A stretch of DNA of 64,000 nt from Geosiphon pyriformis uo1 (taxonomy: Eukaryota; Fungi; Glomeromycota): assembly GCA_016748015.1 (NCBI GenBank), contig JAAOMT010000369.1, forward strand, positions 62,001 to 126,000. Direction: 5' to 3'. Below, one piece after another: positions 24,989 through 37,899 of this stretch. Made by a program: the position numbers and the translations under genes. Below the pieces are notes generated by a model. The model was not told the DNA's origin. It saw nothing but the letters and a program-made list of their open reading frames with translations, and ran no database searches. How positions within the stretch are numbered: the first letter of the stretch is position 1; the number at the start of each line of letters is the position of its first letter.

Positions 24989-27065
24989 ATGTTATTTTGC
25001 TTAGCAGGAACATTCATATTTCTAATATTACAAGTAGCAATTTTCCAAGCTAAACTACTTATTGGAGAAGGAAAGGGGTTACCACACTACTGCCAGAACC
25101 AAAAGAGTCTAACTTATTCAATATTGCCTTAACTGAATTCTTTAGAACCACCAGATTAGCCTTCAGGCCACTTATTTTCATAGTTAAAACTCGGGAACCA
25201 CTTGGAGAAATGTCCTGGGAGATGGCAGTAACTACACTAGGCACAAGAGGAATGAACAACAGAGTGTCAACAGCCATGTTCAGCACTGGGTTATGTTTGG
25301 GGGTGTGCAAAACAGTAAAACTTGCCAATAAAACAGCCAGCAACCTGTTCAGCTTGCATGAAATGTTGGCCACTTGGTCAAACACATTCTCAAGCGAATG
25401 CTTGAGAACACTAACATGTAAAGCCAGAACCATAACCACAGGCATCAAACCGTCAACTGATTCTATGCCCAAATTGGTCTCAATGAACAGTGTGAAAGAC
25501 AAATTTTTAGGGAAGCCACTTACCACAGAAGCCCAAGTTGCGACACAGGAGCTTGCTTTTTGACATAGATAAGCATAAGGTGCCTTTTATCTGAATTGAA
25601 ACAAAGAAATCTTTTTTTTTTGAAACTCTGCCCAAAGTTATTCTCACTACTGTTACATCCAGAAGAAATGTGACCAAAATTACCACAAATAGCACACTTA
25701 GAAGAAGACAAACCAGTCCAGACAAGATTAACACTTTTAAACACCATCATAGAGTGAATGGCAGCCTTTTTGGCATCTTCAGAATCAAAACATATGTTAG
25801 CACAGCAGACTCATGCATAAAACACTGAGTTCCTAGAAATGTAGCAAGTCTTCCCACCATATGACCAGACCAAATTCGAGAGATCATGGACAGTTGTGTC
25901 CATCAGCAGAGTATATAGAAGAGTATGATAGCTGTTTCTTAAATCCCATGTTTGTTTGTTAGCATTGGCTTTGACAACACACATCGAGTCTTTACCTAGC
26001 AAGATTGACTATTTGGACACAATCAAGTCAGTGACCTGAGAACTTTCAAACTCCACCAGCACTTTCTGCCAAAGGCCAATTAGCTGTATTTTGATTGAAA
26101 AAATTTTCCTATACTTAACCAAAGCTGACTTAATTACCAATTTGGGCAGATTGACCAGAATCTCTTTGATAACAATTTCTCAATTTGATTGTATGCTGAT
26201 CTTCTTTAGATCAACATTGACAATAAGATTCTCAGACACAGCCAATTGTTTAGCCAAAGCAAAACTGAATTCAGACATGAAAGATGCTCTTATAATGCCT
26301 GGAAATTTTGATGGAGTTGATGCACCCCCAAAACCATCAATTTTGTAGAATAGCTTCTTAACACTCTTGAGTTTGTCACATAAAGTACTTCCAGAAACAG
26401 CCATTAGACTGATGTTAAGTGCAAAGGATTTGGTTGGTTCAAAACAGAGTTTTTTCTTGACAAAAACAACTGGATGAAGAGGGGTTTCCAAAAAACAAGG
26501 GGAGATAAGTTCATGTTAATGTCATTAATGGCAGAGCCAAAATTATAGAGACCCAGAGATGGAGTCTTCACTGTATCAGAGTTGAAGCATTTTGCTTTTG
26601 AGGTGTTAATACAAGAGTCCAATGGCCCATCATTCTCACTGCCAGCACCATAGTCCATGTTCTTGCCTATCTCATGTCCCAACTTTTTGTTAGAAGAAAT
26701 ATTCATATTCTTGTACCAACCAGAATTGCTTACAGGTAATTTGAAAAACAAATCAGCTTCATTACCCAAATGTTTAATCTTTTTAAGTAAAACCTTTGAT
26801 TTCTGTCTTAGACTCCCATTCACAGAGCTTGTAGTAGCACCTCTGGCCAATTTTTTTATGAACATAGCATTAATAGCATCAAATACCAAAAGAACAATGA
26901 AAAGATTGGTGAGTTGAAAAATTGTGAAAACCAAGCAGAATAAAAGATAAGAACAGATATAAAAAACAAAAACAAAAAAACTTCATAAAAAAATGCACTA
27001 TTTCAGGAATTTGAGATATAAGGAAGAAAGAAGTTTTTTTTTAATCTTATTTAAAATTTTGAATA

Positions 27066-28058
27066 ATATTATTAGCCAAAATTTAAAATATTATTTAGCA
27101 TAAAATTATTTTTATAATTTTTATTATTAATTAATATATATTATTATTTTAATTTATTATTTATTATTTATCAAATTATTCAAATTACTATTTAATTAAT
27201 AATTTAATTTGTATAAACTACAAATATAATAAAATTACAATGATCAAATTATGCAATATACTAAGCTATATAACATTCAGAATTTGCCAAAATATTTAAT
27301 AATTCAATGAAATATTTAATAGTTTACCAAAATAATCTATAGTTTACAAAAATAACTTGTAGTTTGCCAAAATATATTTTTAATTTACCAAAATATTAGA
27401 AAAAAAAAAGTGTTAAATCAGAGAATAATACTATAATAAGTTGTATAAAAAAAAAGCTTTTCTTTTTGAAAAATGTATTTTAGTTAGAATTTATCTTAAT
27501 TAAAATCAATATTTTTTCTAGTATTTTTTATAAAAATCAATTTTAATAAAACTTATTTTAAAAAACATACAAATTCTTAATTATTTTTATTGCAAAATTA
27601 ACTTTTTTATATTAATATTTGAAATTAATTAGTTATTAAAATTAATAACTATTAGTAATTTTCAAATCTGAATCTAAAAAATTTTCTTATCATATTTTTA
27701 TATTTTTTTATATTTTATTTATTTTATTTATTTTATATTATTAAATAATCTACAGTTAAGATTTCCTGTAAAAAAATTAATTTTTACAACAAAATAATTA
27801 CATTTATTTTTGAAAAGCTTACAGATAAAATTTATTTGTAAAAAAATTAACTTTTACTATAAAATAATTATATAAATAATTGGCACAAAATTGGCTATTT
27901 TATTATAAGTCCAATAGTATACACAATTCAAAATATAAAAAAATATTTTAAAAAAAAATTAGCTTATTAAAAGTTTATTAATTTCTATTAACAATAGAAT
28001 TAACAGCAAAATAACATTAATAATACTTAAAAAAAAGTAAAAAAATTTCTAGTAACAA
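27066..28058 (+). mobile_element. ~1-kb non-coding MITE-like element, copy 1, inserted in the old host LINE
   Basis: Imperfect terminal inverted repeats: TATTATTAGCCAAAATTT versus reverse-complemented right end TATTGTTACTAGAAATTT. Host ORF2 resumes at 28058. Other copies lie nearby. Confidence 0.65.
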
Positions 28059-28345
28059 TAGTTTAATGTCTTTTTTTATTAACAATTTTTTGTATATATT
28101 GTTTAAGAATATGATTAAATTGCTTAATATTACTAAAACTTTGAATATAGGCTTTGGTATACATATTTTATTTTCTTTTATTTTTAGTATTAGACAATAA
28201 TATTAATATTTATATAGAGACTTTATGTTGTTTTAACTAATTCAAATAGCTAATTATATATAATAAATACATAATTCATAATTAGTTTAATATATTATAC
28301 TAAATAATTTTTGAATCTACTTATAAAATTAATAAAAAAAAATTA
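28058..28345 (+). mobile_element. Old host LINE part 3: ORF2 C-terminus, decayed 3' UTR and A tail
   Basis: SLMSFFINNFLYILFKNMIKLLNITKTLNIGFG aligns to SSAIISVHGLASRFSARVVRLLGITNALGVHFG of copy A. Confidence 0.65.
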
Positions 28346-28570
28346 TTATATAAAAGATATTAAAACAATATTAATATTTATTAATTAAAATATTACTTAA
28401 TATTAAATTAAATATAAATAAAAAACAATCATAATAAAAAATAAAATTAAAGTATTCAAAACATAAAATTATTTTTATAATTCTATTAAAAATGAATAGA
28501 ATTTTTATTTTAATTAATAACTTAAATTTTTTTAATTTAACAAATGAAGTTTAATTATTATTTAATATAA

Positions 28571-30377
28571 TATTATTATTAAAAAATTTTTTACTCTTTT
28601 TTTAATATTATTAATAATATTTTGCTATTAATTTTGCTGTTTAATAAAAATTAATAAACTTTTAATAAATTAATTTATCTTTTAAAATATTTCTTTATAC
28701 TTAAGATTATATATATTATTAAGCTTATAATAAAATAACCAATTTTATATCAATTACTTTATGTAGTTATTTTGCAGTAAAAATCAATTTTTTTATAAAA
28801 AAATCTTATTTATAAGTTTTCTAATAATATGTGTTATTATTGAAATTTTTTTTACTTTTTTTTTAATACAATTAATGCTATTTTATTGTTAATTTTACTA
28901 TTAATAAAAATTAGTAAATTTTTAATAAGCTAAGTTTTTTCTAAAATATTTTTTTATACTTTAAACTATATATATTATTGGGCTTATAATAGAATAACCA
29001 ATTCTATGTCAATTATTTTATGTAGTTATTTTACAATAAAAGTCAACTCTTTTATAAAAAAATCTTATCTATAAGTTTTTTAAATAATTTGTAGTTATTT
29101 GTTGTAAAAATCAATTTTTTTATAAAAAATCTAAATTATAAACTACTCAATAATATAAAAATAAATAAATAAAAATAATAAATAAGAAAATATTTAAAAA
29201 AATTATTTGAAATTCAGATTTAAAAGTTATTAACTATTAAAAAATTAGTAACTAATTAATTTTAAAATATTAATATAAAATAATTAATTTTAAAACAGTA
29301 ATAATTCAAAAATTAAGTTTTTTAAGATAAGTTTATTGAATTAATTTATAAAAAAAATAATTATAAATAAAAATATTTAATAAAAAATATTGTTCTAACT
29401 AAAATATATTTTTTCAAAAAAAAAAGTTTTTTTATATAACTTATTATAATACTATTTTATATTTAGTATTTTTTTAATATTTTGGCAAATTAAAAATATA
29501 TTTTATTAAACTACAAATTATTTCTGTAAATTATAAGCTATTTTAGTATATTGTTAAGGATTTTGTTAAATTTTTTAAATATTTTAACAAATTTTAAATA
29601 TTATATAGTTTAAAATATTACATAATTTGATTATTACAATTGTGTTTTATACAAATTAGGTTATTAATTAAATATAATTTGATAAAATAATAATATATAC
29701 TAATTAATAATAAAAATTATAAAAATAATTTTATGTTAATAATAATTCAAATTTTACTAATAATAATATAGTTACTTTACTATAAAAATTAACTTTTTTA
29801 TAAGAAATTTTAATTGTAAACTATTTAATAAAAATATATAAAAAATATAAAAAATTAAAAAAAATATTTTAAAAAAATTATTTTAAATTCAGGTCTAAAA
29901 GTTTTAGTTATTAAAATATTAATTTTAGAATAAATAATTTTAAATAATAATAAATATAAATTTTTGGATTTTTAAGTGATTTTTATTTGAATTAATTTGT
30001 AAAAAAAATAAGATATTCTGAAATAAAATATATTTTTTCAAAAAAAAAAGCTCTTTTTTATATAATTTATTGTAATATTATTCTAAAAATATATTTTATT
30101 AAACTATAAGGGCTGTACTCATAAAACCTTAATAAAAAAAATTATAAGTTATTTTTTACAAATTATTAATTATTTTAGTAAATTATAAAATATTTTGTTA
30201 AATTTTTAAATATTTTAGCAAATTTTAAATATTATATAGTTCAAAATATTACATAATTTGATTATTATAATTTGGTTATATTTGTGTTTTATACAAATTA
30301 AATTATTACTTAAATAATAATTCAAATAATTTAATATAATAATAATTAATAATTTGAAATAATAATACATGCTAATT
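28571..30377 (-). repeat. Array of inverted MITE-like copies: partial 28571-28830, near-complete 28832-29770, partial 29771-30377 continuing at 37104-37180
   Basis: Reverse-complement matches, e.g. 29701-29770 to 27066-27133 and 28571-28671 to 27961-28060. Confidence 0.75.
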
Positions 30378-33300
30378 TTTTTTTAATTTATTTAATGAAT
30401 AAGACTTAAATGCCATCTAACACAATACATCAAATTAAATAATCTAAACTAGGCATACATTATGTACTTTCTACATGTGACCAGCTATTCAGACTAATCA
30501 AAGCAACATTACAAATCTATTTTGACTGACATCACACTATTAACACCAAAAAAAAACAGCAAGATTTATGAAAACCAAAACAGATACCAAATATTTCTAC
30601 TATTTCTAACAACCTAATAACTTCTGCAGAAAGCAAGAAAAATAAACCACAAACTGCAGGAAATATTGATCTATTATGTATAATCAACTCTTTTTTCTCC
30701 ATAAATGCTCTATACTTAGTTCTAACCAATTATATATCAGTATAGTAAATGGCCCTTATGCTCTAAACAAAATCAACAACATGTTTTTCAGCCAATTTTA
30801 CATCAACAGAAAAAGACACAGTTTTCAAAAACCAATTTTTGAACAAAAATTCCTTGTACAGAATAATATATAAACTATCATCAAACACACATGAGAAGAT
30901 TATTTGCAAGACCTAAGACAAAAACAGACTTGAACCTAACAAAGCACACTACTGATTAAGGTGGAATGCAAACAAGTCACTGTAAGTAACCAAATCTATT
31001 ATATACACAAAAGAATGATTAAAACTTTCTATCTTACCACAATAAAAACACAATACACTTAGGTACTCTTTGTCATACAATTGTTTTTGCATAGCAACCA
31101 GTAGGTGGTAGTCTACAGCTTTCATAAAGTATGAATATAAATTAGCTATAGGCTTACTCATAAACTCAGCTGCCATATAAGAATCAGGATGCCATACAGA
31201 AGCAGTATACACCCAATCTACATTACCAACAAAATCCATGTTAATAACACCAGAACCAGGTCCAACCTCTTAACAAGCATAATTTATGGTTCCATAAATA
31301 TTTCAAACAAAGTGATAAGTATTGCCAGATACTGTTATTCTACCTGCTCTAATAAACCTATCTTCTATCAGAATAAAAAGCACCAAATTTGAACCAGCAG
31401 CCAAACCAGCCAGCTTGTCTGCATATTCATTGTCTATAATACCAAAATGTTCTTTGACCTTACACCAAGAGACATTAAGCCTCTTATTTCTAATAAAAGT
31501 CATTACTTTCTGTTACTTTATCCAACACCAATTATGGTAGTCAGACAAAACCAAAACTGCCTCAGCAGCACAAGCATCAAGTGTAGCTTGACTGTTTAAA
31601 TACACTACAACTGAGCTGCCAGAAAAAACACATTCTAGAGCCAGAACAATCACCTGCAATTCAGCCAACATAGAAGATACCAATCTATCAACACTAATTT
31701 CAATGTCCAAACTCAGATTAAAAAAATATGCTACTGCTTCACATCTCATATTATGCATACCCAAATTTTTAAAAAAGCCATCCATATAAATATCAAAAAC
31801 ATCCAAACCAGAGAAAACAAGACTACTTCTAATCTTAAAAATACCACCAGAATCATATATGAACAAAAAACAGAGGAAAACAATAGAAAACTTAGCAAAA
31901 AAAAATAATTGACTCAAAAATTCATGCATTGTGCTGAACCAGCTAGGAATTGGACCTTTCAAATCAAGCTTTTTCCAACAGCAAAACTTTCTTTAATCAA
32001 AAATCAATCCTTTTTTGTCATATAACTGATTAACAAAAGTAACTCCAAATCTTTTAAGTAAATATGAAACATTATAAAACATCAAATCTCCCAAAACCTG
32101 AAGCATTGAAGTGCTACCAGTGAAGCAAAAAGCTGACAAAACAATGTTGTTCAAAGACATATTACACTCTAAAAAAATTTTAATCACACCAGCCAAAAAA
32201 TTGTCAACCAGACTGATCTGTAGTCTTATGGGCCAATGTAATAGATAAACAGAAAACCAACTTACACTCTGTAAGTTCAAAGATCTATGATCAAACAATC
32301 TGCCCAAAATTCCACTAACATTTGAGAAATCCAACACAGAAGCTATTTTGCACTTGGCTTATACTTGCCCAAAAGATTTTAAGCCATACAACAAAAAATG
32401 GTAAAAAGCTTTATTAAGAAAATTTTTTGGCAGACCTACTTTCATTCTTAAATCCCTACAAACCATCATATTCCACTTAACACATACATTCTTAATGACA
32501 AAACTAAAGTGAGTTCTATAACTTATTATAAATTAAAACACAATCAAGACCAAATAAAGAAACTACTTGTCTGAAATTGTCTTTTTCAAAACCAAATTAA
32601 CAAAAAACCTGACATCTGAATGAGCCTTTGCCATGCTAAATTTGGACAGATTCTCAGATGACAAAAAAATACCCAAGTATCTATAAGACTCCCTATTTTG
32701 GACCACTAAAATTGGCAAACCACTAATTGACAATAAAACTTCTTTGACTTTTCAGTTGATGGGAATAGCAACAGTCTTTTTATTATTAATTAAGATATTA
32801 TTTATCCTAAAAAAACTATTTGCAATGTCCAAAATGTATTGAGTGGCCATCTGGCTCCTTCTAATCCAAATTGTATTATCAATAAAAGCTCTAGCTATAA
32901 GAAACAAAGTCATACCACCTTAATTTTCCAATCTGCTAGTTTTGACAACAAATTTAGTGTCAATATAGTATCCACATAAACTTTTTTGCCATTTGACTTC
33001 ACACAATAGGGGGTTATAGAAAATTCTCCAAAGCAAAGAGAAAAAAACTTCACTTTGGTTCAGCTCATTGTGCACTTAGTACTCATCAATTAAACCAAAG
33101 TCAGTCATTATCAGATTGACTCTATTACCATAAATGCTCCCAAAAAAACAAATAAATTGGTCACATATTTTAATATAAATTAAACTGTTCCTTAAGTGAG
33201 ACCATTCTACAGAATTGTATGCTTTCCTCATATTTTGTAACACCAGCCAAAATTTACAGTCTTTCTCTAAAGTATTTTTAACTACTGAGCCAACAGCAAA

Positions 33301-36300
33301 AATAGAAGATTGAGTTGATGTTCTTTTTAGCACAGAAAAGTTGTTGCTATAAAGAATATTGAACATATTATAAGCTAAAAAGATCTTATTAAAAAGTAGC
33401 TTAGAAAAAATTTTCCTAGCAGTTTCAATTAATGCAATAGGCCTAGTGTTAGTAAAAATACTTTCTTATTCATAAGATTTAGGAATTATTGACACTTAAG
33501 CCTCTTTCTATAATTAAGGCACAGATTCATACACTAAGCAAAAATTCAAAATGTCTAAAAGCATAACAAGCACTAAATTGTTACAATGTTTTCACAATTC
33601 ATTTGTGATGCCAGACAAATCCATAGCTTTTCTATTAAGCAGTTCTTTTATCACATACAACAAATCATTATATCTAATTGTAGTTATAATTCTAGCAAAA
33701 GCATCATTATCAACATAATCTAATGACAGATACTGATACTGTTATAAATTAAAAACACTAAACAACACAGTTTTTTTTTTCATCTAACTTTCTATAATTG
33801 TATTAATCTTATCTTTGATATTGACTGAATCAAGAACCAAATCATTATTATCAACCACATAATTCAATACCATCTTACAAAAAAAACACTCCAACATACT
33901 CCAGATAATATGGTCTTTGTCAACAACAAAACTTTTTATCTGTTTGTTAATGACAGACTGGATGTCTGATTCTTTAGTCCTTAAAGATTCAACAAGTTTA
34001 AATGCATGATACAACTTCCTTGCATAAAAATGCACATAATTAAAATTTATGCCAAAGTTTACCAGATTCTGGATAAACAAAGTCATAACATTGTCCAAAG
34101 AAATCTAGTATTTTATCAGAGAAGCAAATTTAACCAAGCTTTTATTACAAGACGTCTTAACTATTTTTGAAACCAAGATTTTCAACTTATGAAACTTGGA
34201 AGACTCTTTGGTGAATACCTTGTCAAAGCTTTTAAACTATCTTTTCTTAAACATTCCATCAGTAGAAAAAGTAACAATCTTGCAAACAATATTCTACATA
34301 GCATCTAGATTTAAAAACTTTTTGAAAACAGCAAACTTACTAGAAAACATTACAGTATTGGCAGCCATAGCATTTCTGAAATTACTTTATTTGACTATAT
34401 CAACACCTTCAATATCAAACTTCCAATGATTTTTATTCATCTGTTTGTGGAAAGAGTTCAACTGTATGTCCAACAAACCCCCCAAATTCACAGAAACAGA
34501 AACAGCATGGTAATTAGTGTTGAAATATTTCCCAACTTCTGCCACATTATGATCAACTACTGTATTAACTAAGTTTGAAGAAACAAACACATAATCAATT
34601 GTCTTTGCAACCCCCTGAGAATTAAACCACATAAGAGTTTTTGCAAACAAGCTTTCACTCAAAGAATTAAACAAACCTAAACCAAGACACTTTCTAAAAC
34701 TGGTGTACTTATAGGAACCATCTTCATTGAAATTGCCACCCAGAACAATAAAAAAAGATTTATTCACAGCTTTTGCAATCAGAAAATTGATCTTGTCAAT
34801 TTGAGAAAAATGAACTGCCAAGAAGGCACCAGCATAAAGTTCTAATATTGATACAAAAAGTTTATTTTTGAAAAGCAACTTGACAAAAAGAAGCTTACCA
34901 GGCACCTCAAAAATCTTGCACACATGACAAGTCAAAAAAGTGTTTATAATAATTACCACCCCAGCATCATAAAAACTTTTATCCAATTCAGATAAAAAAA
35001 CTCTAATTTCATTAAACTTATTCTTTATCTATGGCCTAATACTAAACCTCAACTTTGTTTCCATAATAATCAAAACCAAATTTCCAAAATCTTTATGCCA
35101 ATAGACAACATTCTTCTATTTGGTAGGAATATTGATCCTGCAAATATTACACATAGCAAACTTCTATACAAAATCACTCATTGGAAGGAAGATTGGGAAA
35201 ACACACTAACAGACATAACTAAATTATCAAAGTAAGCCAACAAACTTAGCACTAAAGCAGACAGGCTTTTTAACATATTTTCTAATTTAATTATTTCAAA
35301 AAGAGCAGAAGATTCTAAAATCATAGCAGTTTTACTACCAGTGGCTTTATCTAAGCCCTCTCCCATTACTACATCACCCACTTGATCCTGTAATAAAAAA
35401 ATTACTGGCAACTAACATTCAAAATTAAACTGGAAAACTGCTGGCACAAGTAAATCCAATCTTTTAGCCAACTTACTAATTTGTCTCATAAGACTGATAA
35501 GACTGCTTTCAATGTTAACCAAATGCAATTCCAATTTACTTACAACAAACAAAGGAGGTTTTATTTCCAAAGAGGAACCAAAGTTAGCCAAGACATTATC
35601 TGTAGAAAAAAGAGGAAAAGAAGACCTACTAACAACTTTTGCTCAAAAAACACCACTAAAAGAAACAGGATAAGTTACTAGTGCCAAATATTTGGCATAA
35701 ATGACAGCCAGTCTGCTTTTATCAGCATCTAAAAAGACCCTATGCAGCAAAACACCAGAGAGAAATTTTCCATCAGCTACATAGATTAAAGATGTATGAC
35801 CAGAATTCCCACACTTAGTACACTTAACAAGAACTAAACAAAACCAGCACAAATTGGTGCTCTTTAAAACTGGTGTAGTTCTTATAACAACATTTAATAA
35901 TTCAGCAGAATTGAAGCAAACAGTAACACACTTGGCTCTGGCATATGAAACTAAATGGTAATTGATAACACATGTTTTACTACCAACAGAACCAATAAAG
36001 TCTCATATGTTATAAATATTTGTTTCTATAAGCAAAATATACAGCAATGCTTTATGGTAATTCTTTTTGTCCCAAGATTCTTTGTCTAAATCTGATCTAG
36101 CAACATGTACAGCATTTTTTCCAATTAATACAGATCATTTAGCTGCAAATTAGTGTGATCTAATTGTTCAAACTCAACCACAGTTTTCTGCCAAAGTTCT
36201 ACTAATTGCATTTTGATCAACTTAATAATATCATATTCAGAAAGTGCAGTCCATACAGTCTTAGCTGAAGTACCAATTGGAATTTTTTTTAGCACCACAG

Positions 36301-37103
36301 TCTGATCTAAATGTTCAGTAAATTTTTTGAAATCAGTGTTTACTATAATTTTCACATTTCCAGCCTTTTTAAAAGTCTGTACCATACTTAATTTAGAAAT
36401 GAACATTGTTTTGATAATCCCAGCAAATTTTGAGAAAGTAGAAGTCCTCCCAAAACCATTGATTTTTGAAAACAACTTTCTGACTACTACCAGCTTTTCA
36501 TGAAAGAATTTCTTAACTACCTTATCCAAACCAATATCTAAAGCAAATAACTTCCTAACTGGAATATTAACCAGTATTTTCACAAAAAGAGAGAAATCCA
36601 AAGAGGTGTCCAACAGAATATTATTATTATCACTATCATTCAGAAAATTTATCTTGCTCAAAGATTTTTTCAACACCTTCTTGGTTTTAATACACAAGCT
36701 TTTTGGAATCTGGTCTGTATTTTTGTCATCAAAAGTGGCCCCACCACCATAATCAAAACTGGTTTCTTTAACCAAACACTTCTCTTCTATGTTAATGCTT
36801 TTAGACTCTGTAATATTACCAATTTCAGAACTCCAAGAATAGCCACCCACTATTTTATCAAAAATATTCTTAGTTTTGATATCATCTTTTAGAATACCAT
36901 TTCTTTTTTTTTTTTGAGAGCACAGGCTTTAAACCACCACCAGAACCAGAATTTTTAATAGTTTTTATTATGACAGCAACACTGAGGCCAACAACAGTTT
37001 CATAATTGAGCAAAAACAGTTTTGATTTATCATACTGAATAGTAAAAAACTTTTTTGACTCTTTTTTGGAAATTTGGGATGAAAAAAAAAAAGAAATTTT
37101 TTC
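30378..37103 (-). mobile_element. Full-length LINE copy D inserted in a MITE-like copy
   Basis: TSD CATGCTAATT (30368-30377) and CATACTAATT (37104-37113). ORF1 ~37000-35178 with CTKCGNSGHTS. ORF2 35181-30509 with APE, RT, RNase H and Zn motifs. T tail at 30378. Confidence 0.9.
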
Positions 37104-37899
37104 CATACTAATTAATAATAAAATTTATAAAAATAATTTTATGCTAATTAATAACTTAAATTTTTGTTGGTAATAATATAATAATTAAATATTTTAATTT
37201 ATGGATTTTTTATAAATAATTAATCATTCAAACTAATTAAAACAATATTATAAATTAATTTTAATTAAAATATTACTATTTAAACCAAAAAAAACAAATA
37301 AAATTTATTTTATTTATATTATTTTATTAAAATACTTATAATTTAAAAAAATAAGCTTTAAAATTATTAAAATAATTATTTATTAAAAAAAGCATATAAT
37401 TAAAATTTTTGTAATAAAATTAACTTTTATTATAAAATAGCTATATTAAAAAAATTATTAATATAAAATTAGTTATTTTATTCTAAGTTTAATTTTGTAT
37501 AAATTTAAAATATAAAAAAATTTTTAAAAATAAATGGCTTTTTAAAAATTTAAAAATGTTTACTAATAATAGTATTTAATATTAATAATATATAAGGAAT
37601 TTTTAATAATATTAAATATTTTTTTATTAACAAAAAATATAAATATATTTAATTTGTAAAAAACAAACAATAATATTAAATTTATTGCTAACAAATTAAA
37701 TTAAAAAATAATTATAAATAGTTTTATTACATATATTAATGATTTTAATTTTAATAAAAAATCTTTAATATAATAATTACAATTATATATAATTAAAATT
37801 AAAAAATTCATAAAAGATTAATTATAGTTTAAATTAAGATTATTGATATTAAAAATACCAAAAACTATTTTATAATACTATTTATTTATACTTTATTAA

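Larger units (their letters stand above)
12608..27059 (-). mobile_element. Full-length LINE copy C, interrupted by a Gypsy element inside its APE domain
   Basis: TSD TGAATAATATT at 12597-12607 and 27060-27070. T-rich tail at 12608-12630. ORF1 ~26865-25059 with CAICGNFGHISSGC. ORF2 25062-12744 with APE, RT, RNase H and Zn motifs. Confidence 0.9.

Noticed and set aside
1-37103. Dozens of 60-290-aa ORFs as separate genes, or an alternative genetic code reading through stops
   Set aside because: They are fragments of TE ORFs. Stop positions differ between copies and arise from TGG, CAA and CGA transitions, and frameshifts are also present.
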